The notes under the pieces: generated by a model
The model's input: only the letters and a program-made list of their open reading frames with translations
Database searches by the model: none
Told to the model about the DNA's origin: nothing
Made by a program: the position numbers and the translations under genes
Part shown: one piece after another, positions 35,936 through 46,500 of the stretch
Position numbering within the stretch: the first letter of the stretch is position 1
Layout: every line of letters begins with the position of its first letter
Sequence record: NC_135730.1
DNA: 64,000 nucleotides
Origin: a phage
Direction: 5' to 3' (one strand)

Positions 35936-37096
35936 ACCCATGCTCGTTACTTTGCCATCTGTCGAGCCTGTCACTTTACGATTTAGTGGAACAGAAACAA
36001 AGTCAGGATAAATCCGCTCTGCAGAGCATTCCAGAGCTAATCGTTTCAAATCATAGTTAGGATCTCCAGGGTTCATGTTGACACCCTCTTCTAGGAAGAA
36101 CAGCACTTTAGGGAACACAGGTGTGATACGTTCTTCACCAAGACCCATTTTGTGGACTTTCAAGTAATTTTTGGTAATCATTCTACCAAAGACCGAGGTA
36201 TCCAGACCTAAACTTAATGTGATGAATGGGGTTTGCCCGTTGACAGAAGTTAACGTATTGATTTGATAGAGTAAAGTCTGCATGCTGTCAAATACGTCTT
36301 TATCTGTCATCTGCATTGCAACAGTCTCAGCATCTGGCAACCAATGTTCCTGGCAAAATTTAAGGTTCTTCTCATAAGTCGCCTCAGCATACTGTGCCAG
36401 ATAATGATCAATATGGCTCATAGTCTGACCCCCATATTGAGCACTAGCTACCGCACTAGAGATTTGGCTAAGGATTGTTGTTGCAACCCCTATTGACTTC
36501 GGCTTACTGACATGGGCGTTACCAATGTTGAATCCGTTTTCCAACATATCTGGATAATTTACCAAACAACAGTTTGTTAACGGACTGATCAAGTAGTCAA
36601 GATCATGCACATGGATGAAGCCTTTATTGTGCTCTTCTGAGACACGGTCTGGCAGGATCTGTGTTGATGCAAGGTGTTTGCTAAGGATGCCTGCAAGCAG
36701 GTCACGATGAGTGTGTACATGATTGGTAGGCTTATTTGCGTTTTCTTTTGTAAATTCATCACAAGTTCGATCCAAGAAGCCACTAATATCTGCAAGCAGT
36801 TTTCCACCTGCCTCTCTGTTATTATCTCTTGTCTGTCTATACTGGATGTATTCTCTGGCTGCACATTTTAAACCCATATCCATAAGAGCATCTTCAACAA
36901 GGATATGGATATTTTTTACAGAGATCGTGCACTGGTCGGTTGGTAGATTGTTAGCAACAACTTCATTAACCGCACAAGCGATCCGGTAAGCTTCTTCTTC
37001 AGTATGTCCAGACTCAAGTAAGGCGGACTCTGCCGCCTTGATCACCTTAATTCCGTTATAGAACTCTTCTCTACCGTCCCGTTTTACAACTTTCAC
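35936..37096 (-). CDS. nrdD: NrdD, exon 1 (N-terminal part; track ORF reads through 3 codons to stop at 35927)
   Basis: N-terminal ATP-cone-like MKVVKRDGREEFYNGIKV; ends where intron begins. Confidence 0.75.
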
Positions 37097-37371
37097 TTTT
37101 TCTCTCCAAAACCATTCTTAACAAAAGAGATGAAATCGTCGGCACCGCCTATATGGATACTGTCAAGATCGCTTTCTAAGAAGATCTGCGGCAACGTTCT
37201 GGGGACGATTGGACTACACTTCTCAATAAGCTCTTCTTTTGTGTAGCCCTCGCCAAGTGTCTTATATACAAAAGGCAGACCTTTGCTGATTGCAAATTCT
37301 TTTGCTCTGACACAATGTGGGCAGTTATCCTTACCGTAAATGATGATGAAAAAAGATTTTTCGCAGCTCAT
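37093..37371 (-). CDS. glutaredoxin/NrdH-like redoxin
   Basis: CPHC active-site motif; 92 aa; between nrdD and nrdB. Confidence 0.75.
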   Translation of the reverse strand: MSCEKSFFIIIYGKDNCPHCVRAKEFAISKGLPFVYKTLGEGYTKEELIEKCSPIVPRTLPQIFLESDLDSIHIGGADDFISFVKNGFGEKK

Positions 37372-37374
37372 ATA

Positions 37375-38463
37375 TTAAAACTCCCAAATTTCTTCTTCAG
37401 CGTCGTTAACAGTTGTGTTGACGCGGTAGTCAGTGTTCGACATTTCTTGGTTCGCCGTCTGTTGTAATGAAGGTTTCATCCACACCTGCATAAACGGTAG
37501 CGGGTCCTTTGTTGGCGGCACAAAGTCTTTGTCGATGTCGTAGTAATCATAAATCGGTGAGCAGTTATAGTCAACCCACTCTTTAAGCAACGGTGAGTTA
37601 AGACCTATAATCGCTCTTCCTTCGCTGAAAATATAGTCACTCCAACCGTACTCTTTGGTTCGTACTTCATCAAGAATCTCTTTTAACTCCCCCTTTATCT
37701 CAAGGAAGCTTTTCTCCCATGCGGGATCATTAAGCAAGATATCAATGATGGCAAAATCACCTTTCGAATGCAGCATTTCGTCAAGCATGATTTTTTGAAC
37801 AAGCTGCGCCACCTGAACAAAGATACCCTGTTCAGCTACTGCGAAAGTGCATGCAAAACTTGCAATAAACTCAATACTTTCCAGAGCTAAAAGCGCAAAA
37901 AGCGCTCTAAGAATGCATTTCCGCACAATATCTTCTTCAACACTAGAAGGATCCAGGCGGTATTTTGCACCAATAACCTCAAGCTCTTGCATGTATTTGA
38001 CAATAACGCCGGATCTGCTCAGAACGTTTTGGTTTTCCTGAATCTCTTCTATAATCTCACGGGCATTGGGGAGGCATTGTCTAACAATCTCTGAGTAAGT
38101 TAGTGCGTGAAGAACTTCAATCTCTGACTGTTTCATCAATAGAGTGAAAAGCTCACTATTAGTGATGAATGGTGAAAAGAGGCAGATGATCGATCTTGCC
38201 GCAACGCTATCAGCCTCCCATTGCCACATCAAGGTCTGCACCATCACGTCATAAGTTGACTTTGAGCATGTTACAAAATCTGAAATAGATTGCGACAAAT
38301 CCACTTCATCCTCTGCCCAATCTTGCTCTTTTTGTTTTTTGTATAGTTCAAACAGTTGTGGATATTTTTTGTTGATAGAGTCGTACATACCCATTTGCTG
38401 TCCCAGAAACAGCGGATAGTCACCAGTTTTATGAGCGGTGTTCTCAGCATTAAATACAGCCAT
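37375..38463 (-). CDS. nrdB: ribonucleotide reductase class Ia beta subunit
   Basis: ATG at 38463 after AGAGGTAG RBS; size and position next to nrdA. Confidence 0.8.
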   Translation of the reverse strand: MAVFNAENTAHKTGDYPLFLGQQMGMYDSINKKYPQLFELYKKQKEQDWAEDEVDLSQSISDFVTCSKSTYDVMVQTLMWQWEADSVAARSIICLFSPFITNSELFTLLMKQSEIEVLHALTYSEIVRQCLPNAREIIEEIQENQNVLSRSGVIVKYMQELEVIGAKYRLDPSSVEEDIVRKCILRALFALLALESIEFIASFACTFAVAEQGIFVQVAQLVQKIMLDEMLHSKGDFAIIDILLNDPAWEKSFLEIKGELKEILDEVRTKEYGWSDYIFSEGRAIIGLNSPLLKEWVDYNCSPIYDYYDIDKDFVPPTKDPLPFMQVWMKPSLQQTANQEMSNTDYRVNTTVNDAEEEIWEF

Positions 38464-38501
38464 TATTCTACCTCTAAAATGGGGCCGAAGCCCCTTTAAA
38501 A

Positions 38502-40817
38502 TTATAGTGCACAGCTTTCGCAATACGGATCTTCAACTGAACTATCTGCAATCAAAGGATAGTTCTTTCTGGTTTCATCTTCAGCCTGTTTCTTGGCATG
38601 AAGTTCCTCTGCCAAGGAGTCACCAGCACCAACCCTAGAGTTTAAATAATACCATGTCTTCATCCCGAATTTAGTGGCACGGATAAGGTACCCTAACTGC
38701 TCCTTCATTGAAATTTTACCATCTTTCAACTTGGTGTAGTCTATGTATAAATCCGCGCTGATTGCCTGACCTGTGAATTTTTGAATCACGGCATACATAT
38801 CGATCATGTCGTTAGTATCAACGTCCCAAGCCGAGGTGTAATACTCTTTCAACTCATCATAGTCAGGAACGATAAACAGCACCTGCCCTTGTGGCGACTT
38901 TTTAAAGATAATGTGCTCACGGACAGGATAAACCCCGTTAGTGGTGTTTGTTGCCAGCGAAGAGCTTTCATTAGGCATATATGCTTCAAGAACGCTATTA
39001 CGTAGCCCACCATTCTCAATGATTTCTTTACGTAACCCTTCCCAATCCTGTTTAAGAGAAGGATCTTTCACCACGCTATCGACCTCTTTGTTATAGGTGT
39101 CGATTGGTAACCAACCTTCTGGATATTTTGTTTTATGCATCCACTCGCAGACACCACGCTCTTTTGCCAACCGTAAACTTGCCTTATGCAAGCTGTAGCT
39201 GTGAAGTTCTGCAAGATCGTGAACGAGCTGTTTACTTTCAGGAGACCCGTAAGTAACCTTGTGGCTGGCAATAAAATGTGCAACATTGGTAAGGCCAACC
39301 CCGATGGATCTGCGTTTTTTAACTGTGCTTTCCATATTTTCATACGGATATGTCATGATTTCCATAACATTGTCAATCATAAGCACCGTATAGTATGCAA
39401 CATCCTCATACTCCTCTGGAGTAACCCTCCCAGCTACAAGAGATGACAGGAAGCACAATGCAACCTCTCCATCATCAGCATCGTACTTGAAGATATTACG
39501 CATATCTGAATAGCCTTTTGTCGGGAGGGCTATTTCTGCACACAGGTTGCTTGAATAGATCACATCTTTAAAAGGTGTATGTCTATTCATCTCATCTGTC
39601 CAGTATACGTACAGCCTTCCCACCTCAGTGCGCTGCGTGATCAGTTCAACAGCAAGATCTCTAGCTCGGATCCATGTTTTAGGAATACTGTCATCTTTAG
39701 CAATACGATCAACCTCTGCATCAAACTCCTCCATAGACATGGTGAAGATACCCTCATGCAGTTGAGGCGCGTGCTTATAAGAAACAAGCATCCAATCTAA
39801 ATTCTTAGCCACACGGTTGATAAACGACCTATTAATACCGATGGAGTAGTCCATGGTGTTGATTCTTTTTGAAGCAACAGTCATAGGGTTTCTCAAACGG
39901 ATTAGCTCATCAATCTGCGGGTCCAGTGCAAGGAATGATACTGTTGCAGAACCACCACGTGATTGTTGTCTGTTCTCCTTAACCCCAGCATCAATACCTC
40001 GATAATATGGAATCTTACCCATATGTTTAATAGTGTTACCACGAACACCATCGCCTGCAGATCTTGAGGATAAGTAGTAGCCGATACCTGCTTGGTTAAC
40101 CGTCATTGTGTACGCAACTTCACGTGCCACACCAATAGATTTTGCTGTATCGTCAGCTTTTATTACACAACAAGATGCATACCCTGTCTTACCTGTGCGC
40201 AGCCCGTTTAAGTACGGTGTTGGGGCATTGATCTTTAAGTCGGACAGATAAGTGTATAATTTTACAACATCGTTGATACGACGTTCTTTCGGCATATTCT
40301 TCATGACAGCCATTGCTATCCCCATAAACATCATCTGGGGAGATTCAAACAAGGTGTCTTTAAGAGTATCCTTGATCCCGTATTTGTCGCGAAACTGTTT
40401 AAGGACTGCATAGCCATAACCGAGATCTTTACTGTGGTCAATAACAGCGTCTAAAGTGTTTAGCTCGGTAAAGCTATAACCCATATCCTCCCAATAACCT
40501 TTCTTAACCATGTCATTGTAAAATGATGGTAAGGAAGGGATCTTTGTAAACCCTCCAAAAGCCTCTTTATAGATCTGACCAATAAGAACACGACCAGCCA
40601 TACGGGAATGTGCTTCGTCTTTACGGCTAACACAAGAGTCTATAATAGCTTGGTTAACTTCTTTGGTTGTACATCCATCATACAACCGCTTGTAGGCATC
40701 CAGTGCAATATGTGACCAATTGCCGTTACCATCGTCACCGAAAATAGCTGCCTTATTTAAACGTTCTGGATCGAATGCCACTTCACATCCGTTGCTTTTA
40801 ATTACCTTGGTGATCAA
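38502..40817 (-). CDS. nrdA: ribonucleotide reductase class Ia alpha subunit (TTG start)
   Basis: 771 aa; N-terminal ATP-cone; TTG start 6 nt after GGAGGA, no in-frame ATG/GTG upstream. Confidence 0.85.
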   Translation of the reverse strand: MITKVIKSNGCEVAFDPERLNKAAIFGDDGNGNWSHIALDAYKRLYDGCTTKEVNQAIIDSCVSRKDEAHSRMAGRVLIGQIYKEAFGGFTKIPSLPSFYNDMVKKGYWEDMGYSFTELNTLDAVIDHSKDLGYGYAVLKQFRDKYGIKDTLKDTLFESPQMMFMGIAMAVMKNMPKERRINDVVKLYTYLSDLKINAPTPYLNGLRTGKTGYASCCVIKADDTAKSIGVAREVAYTMTVNQAGIGYYLSSRSAGDGVRGNTIKHMGKIPYYRGIDAGVKENRQQSRGGSATVSFLALDPQIDELIRLRNPMTVASKRINTMDYSIGINRSFINRVAKNLDWMLVSYKHAPQLHEGIFTMSMEEFDAEVDRIAKDDSIPKTWIRARDLAVELITQRTEVGRLYVYWTDEMNRHTPFKDVIYSSNLCAEIALPTKGYSDMRNIFKYDADDGEVALCFLSSLVAGRVTPEEYEDVAYYTVLMIDNVMEIMTYPYENMESTVKKRRSIGVGLTNVAHFIASHKVTYGSPESKQLVHDLAELHSYSLHKASLRLAKERGVCEWMHKTKYPEGWLPIDTYNKEVDSVVKDPSLKQDWEGLRKEIIENGGLRNSVLEAYMPNESSSLATNTTNGVYPVREHIIFKKSPQGQVLFIVPDYDELKEYYTSAWDVDTNDMIDMYAVIQKFTGQAISADLYIDYTKLKDGKISMKEQLGYLIRATKFGMKTWYYLNSRVGAGDSLAEELHAKKQAEDETRKNYPLIADSSVEDPYCESCAL

Positions 40818-41044
40818 TTTGCTTCCTCCACTTCACTAACGTATTTATCAAGGCAGGTATCAGTATCTTGCTGGATAAAAGTATCCTCTTCTACAGAGAT
40901 ATTTATAATTTTACCTGTATACTCGTCATAATAGACATCATCATACATTTTAATATCGTTTGTCAGGCCATTGAACCAAAGCCAACCAACATACTCTGCC
41001 CGACTTGCAAAACCAAGATCCTTCCACTTGGAGTTATGACTCAT
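40814..41044 (-). CDS. hypothetical protein
   Basis: ATG at 41044 after AAGGTGGTG RBS. Confidence 0.5.
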   Translation of the reverse strand: MSHNSKWKDLGFASRAEYVGWLWFNGLTNDIKMYDDVYYDEYTGKIINISVEEDTFIQQDTDTCLDKYVSEVEEAN

Positions 41045-41054
41045 CTTCACCACC

Positions 41055-41555
41055 TTAGCTTTCAATACCGAATAATTTTTCCAGGCGATGCAGATCTTCA
41101 AAATTGAAAGGTTCATCAACAATATGAATATCTTCAGCCTTTTCAGATTGTTTTGTATACTTTCTTACATTAACACGATCCTCTACAGGGATATCATACG
41201 GGAGATCTTGAACAAGCATTGCCTCACCAGGTGCTTTATCTACATCTAAAATATCTACACCGTTATACATTTGTGGGTATCTAAAGTCTGCACGCATGAC
41301 ACCAGCAAATACATCTGCCTTTCGATAATGTGTTGGCTTATTTTTGCATCGAACGTTTTTTCCACGAAGAACATCAATACTTTTTAAATCAAACCCTACG
41401 GCAAAGAGTGCAGCTCGGAGACCGTTTCGTGTGCGAACGTTAAACCCGGGGACGGTAGATAGAAAATCTAAAGTAACTGAAATAAATGTCTTTTTAGGAA
41501 TCATAACATTACTCATATCTGTCTCCATTTCTGGCTCACCAACAAAGTGAGCCAT
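41055..41555 (-). CDS. hypothetical protein
   Basis: 166-aa track ORF in nucleotide-metabolism block. Confidence 0.6.
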   Translation of the reverse strand: MAHFVGEPEMETDMSNVMIPKKTFISVTLDFLSTVPGFNVRTRNGLRAALFAVGFDLKSIDVLRGKNVRCKNKPTHYRKADVFAGVMRADFRYPQMYNGVDILDVDKAPGEAMLVQDLPYDIPVEDRVNVRKYTKQSEKAEDIHIVDEPFNFEDLHRLEKLFGIES

Positions 41556-41614
41556 TATTATAGATTATCTAATACTATTAGTCAACACAAAAGTTACCTA
41601 TCGCTGTGATAGGA

Positions 41615-42598
41615 TTAACCTTTCACGAAGTGGTTATTAAGCAGCTGTCTGTGCTGAACCCACCCACAAAAGTTGGCAGACCAGAATTTACCATCACGGT
41701 CTTGATGGGTTACACCTTCCTGCCAAGTACTGATGTCTTGTGTGATTTCACATGAAGACAGGTAGTAGTTTAAACGTTCCATTGCGTTATCGTGATCCAT
41801 AGGTGTTGCCTGGTGCTCGTAAGGGCTTGCATGAATACGATCCCCACCAATCAATTTTTTAGCCACACTATCTGCCTTTTCAAACGTGCTGTCAATATTT
41901 CGATAAGATACTTGTGCACAGCAACTAGCACTGATAGACAGAGCTTCTTTAGTATCGAGAATGCAGAGCTTTCCTTCTGTGTCACGTACAGCGTAGTTAA
42001 ACTCTCCGTCCAAATAAACGTGCTCTACATATGGGGTGTGCCATTGACCCGGTTTAAGGATTTCAGGAGTGCTATTCTCAAGAGCCTCCCACATACAATT
42101 AGCTAACATCTGAATTGTAGGATCCGCATCGTGCCAGCAACGGAGGTGGAAAAAATTATTCCACTCGGTGCTTGTTACAACTGTTTTCATGCGCTGGAAC
42201 GGCTCCACTAAGCGGTTACATACTTGCTTATGGTAACCAGCAAGGGCGAACTTCTCTGCATGCCAAGCGGCGTTTTTTGCAGCTTCTTTCCAAAACTCTT
42301 CAGGAGTTAGCTCCATGTCAGTGTACTCTACACGGATCTTTTGATCGTGTTCCCCACCATCTTCCATTCCTCGCTTATTTACACCGAAGCGAACTGGCAT
42401 TGCCGGATTCTCCACAATCTGTTGTAGCATCTTGCCGACAGGTACTGCACGGGAAGACATGGCGTTTCGGCTGAACACTCGGTGCGTCATAAGCTCTGAG
42501 TGAATAATTCGAGGATACTCTAGTTCAAAAGTGGTGATACGCTTACCTTTCTCGGAAATGCTGTCAGCAATAATCTTTGCAGTGCACAGTTTTAGCAT
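41615..42598 (-). CDS. thyX: flavin-dependent thymidylate synthase (ThyX-like)
   Basis: ELMTHRVFSRNAMSSRAV resembles the ThyX HR...S.N..S.R signature. Confidence 0.6.
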   Translation of the reverse strand: MLKLCTAKIIADSISEKGKRITTFELEYPRIIHSELMTHRVFSRNAMSSRAVPVGKMLQQIVENPAMPVRFGVNKRGMEDGGEHDQKIRVEYTDMELTPEEFWKEAAKNAAWHAEKFALAGYHKQVCNRLVEPFQRMKTVVTSTEWNNFFHLRCWHDADPTIQMLANCMWEALENSTPEILKPGQWHTPYVEHVYLDGEFNYAVRDTEGKLCILDTKEALSISASCCAQVSYRNIDSTFEKADSVAKKLIGGDRIHASPYEHQATPMDHDNAMERLNYYLSSCEITQDISTWQEGVTHQDRDGKFWSANFCGWVQHRQLLNNHFVKG

Positions 42599-42798
42599 TA
42601 TTTAGCTCTCCTTGTTTTAATTTTGGAAATTTCGTCTGGGTTTATGTTGGCCTTAAATGCAAGGTATCTGTTGAACATGTCAGAGCACATATCTTGGGTG
42701 ATCCTAGAGGCATACACTAGCTTACCTCCTAGATCATACACCTCTAGCCAGTCACCGTATCTGACTACAGGATCGCCACCTTTAGAACATCTGCCCAT
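42598..42798 (-). CDS. hypothetical protein
   Basis: 66-aa track ORF. Confidence 0.5.
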   Translation of the reverse strand: MGRCSKGGDPVVRYGDWLEVYDLGGKLVYASRITQDMCSDMFNRYLAFKANINPDEISKIKTRRAK

Positions 42799-42799
42799 T

Positions 42800-43393
42800 T
42801 CAAATACCTTCTAAAAATTTTCCTATTTTATACCAGCTATTAGCGGTATAGTCAACACTGACCTTTAACTCCTCGAATTGCTCATAAGGCGTATCTTTTA
42901 GGATTTTAATAACTTCAGGTCGTGAAGCGAATTGGTTCAGGTATTCATGCCTGTCGTCAATTATAACATCTACAGCCACATTCCCTTTGAAATGTGTGGC
43001 GTAGAAGCCGTGGCCCTGGGTGTGATCGTCCAGATCCATAAAATCACTGGTCCAACGCTTTAAGAACCTTGATTTAGATGCAAGGTGACCTTTCTTGCAT
43101 ACCGAGATAAATGCAAGCTTGTGACCACGAGCCACCAAATCTTTCATAACCTCAATAGCCCCCTCTTCAGGCTTAAGGAAGTCGTAGAGGAACGGATCAC
43201 TCCAGAAATCAAAAGGTCCTATGATGTTTTCTTTGGGACGATCAGGCCAATACTTTGACAGATCGTAATACATTAACCCATTAGAAGGTTTAGCTACTGT
43301 CTTACTGGCTGGACCATACAAACGCTCCAACCACTCCCACCATGCTGTTCCTGAATCTACCAGTGTCAGATCTACATCAATTCCGATTAACAT
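42800..43393 (-). CDS. HAD-superfamily phosphatase (5'-deoxyribonucleotidase-like)
   Basis: N-terminal GIDVDLTLVD (DxDxT motif I). Confidence 0.5.
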   Translation of the reverse strand: MLIGIDVDLTLVDSGTAWWEWLERLYGPASKTVAKPSNGLMYYDLSKYWPDRPKENIIGPFDFWSDPFLYDFLKPEEGAIEVMKDLVARGHKLAFISVCKKGHLASKSRFLKRWTSDFMDLDDHTQGHGFYATHFKGNVAVDVIIDDRHEYLNQFASRPEVIKILKDTPYEQFEELKVSVDYTANSWYKIGKFLEGI

Positions 43394-44001
43394 TCTTCTT
43401 GGGCCTCTTTAGCATCAATATACTTGCACACAATCTCCGATGCACACTCCCAAGGTGCACCTTCAGGGTTTACAACATCAAACTCAACCCCTTTTATTCC
43501 GTTCTTTTCCAGACTTAGATAGGTTCTGGAATCATTTCCCCAGTCATATCCTACACGGTGAATACGGAACAACAACAGACCTCCACCTGTGCTGTATGCG
43601 TACTCGCTAAGGCATGCCAGCTCCTCTTTGAATCCCCCATCGGAGTAAACAATAACCCCTTTACCTTCAGGGAAATCTTTCTTCAAAGATGCGACTGCGG
43701 CTTTACCGAAAGCATCTTCACCAAAGATAGGTTTAATCAGATTTTCACTACAATGGATCATCCATTCTCGCGGAGAAACATGCTTGCCGTCTATCATTAA
43801 GAAAGGGCAAGGCTCTTCTTTGTAGTGGCGGTCATAAAGTGCATTCCAGAGTTGAGGAGTTACACCAGCTGCCTTAATTGCCACACTGAAGAGCATTTCC
43901 TTAACCTCACGGTGGTGTGAGTTAGGAATAGCTTCCAACAAGAGATCTGCAATGTGATCCTTACCACTGCTGGGTGGGGCGTTAAGAACAATAATATCCA
44001 T
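43387..44001 (-). CDS. deoxynucleoside monophosphate kinase
   Basis: P-loop NAPPSSGKDHIAD resembles T4 gp1 GVKRSGKDTTAD. Confidence 0.6.
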   Translation of the reverse strand: MDIIVLNAPPSSGKDHIADLLLEAIPNSHHREVKEMLFSVAIKAAGVTPQLWNALYDRHYKEEPCPFLMIDGKHVSPREWMIHCSENLIKPIFGEDAFGKAAVASLKKDFPEGKGVIVYSDGGFKEELACLSEYAYSTGGGLLLFRIHRVGYDWGNDSRTYLSLEKNGIKGVEFDVVNPEGAPWECASEIVCKYIDAKEAQEEC

Positions 44002-44204
44002 TAAAAACCTCCGTGGTATTCTTCAACTGCATCAATAATACTTTTACACTTATCTACCAGCTCGTTAGCCACTACAGCATCGTCTTCCCAAACAGCCTCC
44101 TCAATCTGATCAAGCAATGATCGCATCTTACTCATCATTTCTGGGATAAAGTTTTCTGAAAAGCTGTCTGGAATTGTTAACTCTAGTGTCATTTCGGTCT
44201 CCAA
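44001..44204 (-). CDS. hypothetical acidic protein
   Basis: 67-aa track ORF. Confidence 0.5.
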   Translation of the reverse strand: METEMTLELTIPDSFSENFIPEMMSKMRSLLDQIEEAVWEDDAVVANELVDKCKSIIDAVEEYHGGF

Positions 44205-44219
44205 TCATACTATGCGTTA

Positions 44220-44678
44220 TTAGAAGTTTGTTTTTACACGTCCCTTCTCATCAACCTCGTTGTTAGCTAAAAGCGTTACAAAGTCTGTGAAACGAACATG
44301 AAGAACCCTTTTCTTATCAAGGTATCCTAAAGCCACCCCTGAGAAATTTAGCATCAAAGGGGCTAAAGAAGCTCTGGCACTGAAATGCTGTTGTTCTACC
44401 CTTCCAACACCCTTAGTGTAGGATGGGTTAAGATTGTAAGTTCTGAATCCCAGTTTTGTTGGAGCTTTAGAATTAAAAACGACTTTATAGCGTTTCTTAC
44501 TCAACTTATGCTCCAGGATAAGCATTCCCTTATCACCTTTGATAAGTTGAAAATCTGTAAAGTGCTCTTTTAAGACGAAAGGTAGTGCCAGTCCCATCGC
44601 CTGTCCTCTTTGTACCGCTGTCTCACCAAAAGCTTTTGCATCAGTAAGTTCTTTGGTCAAGTCTATGCTTTTGATCAT
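44220..44678 (-). CDS. hypothetical protein
   Basis: 152-aa track ORF. Confidence 0.55.
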   Translation of the reverse strand: MIKSIDLTKELTDAKAFGETAVQRGQAMGLALPFVLKEHFTDFQLIKGDKGMLILEHKLSKKRYKVVFNSKAPTKLGFRTYNLNPSYTKGVGRVEQQHFSARASLAPLMLNFSGVALGYLDKKRVLHVRFTDFVTLLANNEVDEKGRVKTNF

Positions 44679-45459
44679 ACCTGGTCTCCAAAATGTATTG
44701 TAGTTCTTTCTTACCTATACTCTTCATTCCAGCAGTCTTACCTGCTTCTTCTTGAAAAGAAGAATAGCATTCAGCAAACACTCTGTCAACACCGTTAACT
44801 AAAGATTTTATGAAATATGTTGATTCTTCAGATTTTGGGTCATCATCCCCCAATACTTTTCCAGCATTATACCCAACACGTCTTACACAGAAGTCGTAGT
44901 CATCTGGTGTGCTAAAAGAAAATAACTTATTCTCTCCAATCTCTACAGGATCCCTATTGCACGCCTTTTTCTCCCAAATTTGGAAAACACATGGCACGTC
45001 ATAAGGTTTGCCATTAAGTAAAAACGAATTCTTAGGGCACCTTTCGCTGTAGACAAGGTGCATCGACATGTCCAGTTTGTTTGCAAAAAATATTTTTTCA
45101 AATGTCCGTGGCAAGATGAAGGCTATAGCCCCTCCAAGCTCTAGCAATGATGCACAATGGTTAAAGAATTTGCAAGCTAAGGATGAATTCTTGCCAAATG
45201 GTGGGTTACCTATGAAGACATCTGCCTTGGGATGCACCTCCAAGAAGTTTGCCTGAATGCACGGTGTTGGTCCTTCAAATTCAGGATCTGGTACTAAATC
45301 GTACGACAGTATCTCTGAAAATAGTTTTGAAAAAGAACCCCTTCCAGCAGAAGGCTCAACGTATGCACAATTCCCATACTTATCTTTTACTTTACCAACA
45401 AGATATTCTGCATACTCAGGGTTTGTGTAGTATTTGTCGTTGGACTCTTTCTTGCTCAA
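44641..45459 (-). CDS. DNA N6-adenine methyltransferase (second)
   Basis: motif I EPSAGRGSF and motif IV IGNPPFG. Confidence 0.6.
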   Translation of the reverse strand: MSKKESNDKYYTNPEYAEYLVGKVKDKYGNCAYVEPSAGRGSFSKLFSEILSYDLVPDPEFEGPTPCIQANFLEVHPKADVFIGNPPFGKNSSLACKFFNHCASLLELGGAIAFILPRTFEKIFFANKLDMSMHLVYSERCPKNSFLLNGKPYDVPCVFQIWEKKACNRDPVEIGENKLFSFSTPDDYDFCVRRVGYNAGKVLGDDDPKSEESTYFIKSLVNGVDRVFAECYSSFQEEAGKTAGMKSIGKKELQYILETRYDQKHRLDQRTY

Positions 45460-45504
45460 AGTGCCTCCAAAAGGAAAAGGGAGGCTTGCGCCTCCCTATA
45501 ATTG

Positions 45505-46488
45505 TTAGATTATCTGAATCAGGGTATTTTTCATTTCTTCTCTGGTGCGGATGTTGTTACGGTCACGAACAACAGATCCACAACCTTCACAGCGGTATGT
45601 TTTAAATGCACTCAGTTGAGTATACGCCAAAGCTTCTTCCTCGTGAAGGTGTTCTCCACCACAGCGTGGGCAACGAACTTTTGGCTCCTCATCCTGGTAG
45701 TACAATGACATGTTGGGGTGCTGCTTAGCAAACGGGCGAGCCAGCAAATACAAGCCTTCCAGAGACAGGATATCACCAACATTATACTCCCGCATCTGTT
45801 TAAATGCCTCAAGATCGCCATGGACACACTTGATCCACATTTCAAATGTGTGGTCAATCAGTTTCTGTCGGGCCAGTTGGAAGTATTTGCATGCATACTC
45901 TAAAGTGTTTGCATTCAAACGGAATGCCTTCTTGATCATTTTAAGGGTGTCAACCTCTTTGTAGGGGCTTGTTGGAGGCAACCCGTGAAATGCAAATCGT
46001 TGGTTGGCCCACCCGCAGTCAAAACCTGAATTGTGGGCTACTGCGACATCGCATTTATCCAGATAATACCACAAATCCTGAATCAATTCGAGATCATTGT
46101 GAATATCCTCATCCCACATTTTGTAATCTGGAAGAGCGCAGTCAACCACACTAGGGCTGTCTAACCACTTACCTGCGAAAGTTAGCATATAGGGCATAAC
46201 TTCAATACCACAGGTTTGAATGTTGGTCTTATAGTGCCCAAAGAACCAGCCGTTTGTTGGGGATGTCTCTGTATCATACACCCAAACTTTAGCACCTTTG
46301 TGCTCTTCAAGGAAGCGCTCCGTTGCTTCTCCTACAATCTCTGACATATTCTCTTGTGCACGTTTAAGCTGTAGTCGGATCCAGCTCTCACGTGACTCAC
46401 GGCCTAAAAATTCACGAGCAATTTGTCTATTAGTGTATCCTTGTTGCTTTAGTGTTAAAATTTGCTCAAGAGTTAACTTTGTCATCAT
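45505..46488 (-). CDS. DnaQ-like DEDDh 3'-5' exonuclease with N-terminal HTH
   Basis: VYDTET (Exo I), HNSGFDCGW (Exo II), HGDLE (Exo III). Confidence 0.6.
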   Translation of the reverse strand: MMTKLTLEQILTLKQQGYTNRQIAREFLGRESRESWIRLQLKRAQENMSEIVGEATERFLEEHKGAKVWVYDTETSPTNGWFFGHYKTNIQTCGIEVMPYMLTFAGKWLDSPSVVDCALPDYKMWDEDIHNDLELIQDLWYYLDKCDVAVAHNSGFDCGWANQRFAFHGLPPTSPYKEVDTLKMIKKAFRLNANTLEYACKYFQLARQKLIDHTFEMWIKCVHGDLEAFKQMREYNVGDILSLEGLYLLARPFAKQHPNMSLYYQDEEPKVRCPRCGGEHLHEEEALAYTQLSAFKTYRCEGCGSVVRDRNNIRTREEMKNTLIQII

Positions 46489-46500
46489 CGTTAAGATTCC

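Noticed and set aside
36589-36989. Short ORFs on both strands inside nrdD exon 1
   Set aside because: Nested within a well-supported long ORF; no RBS
38781-39800. Several 70-90-aa ORFs inside nrdA
   Set aside because: Nested in or antisense to the 771-aa nrdA reading frame
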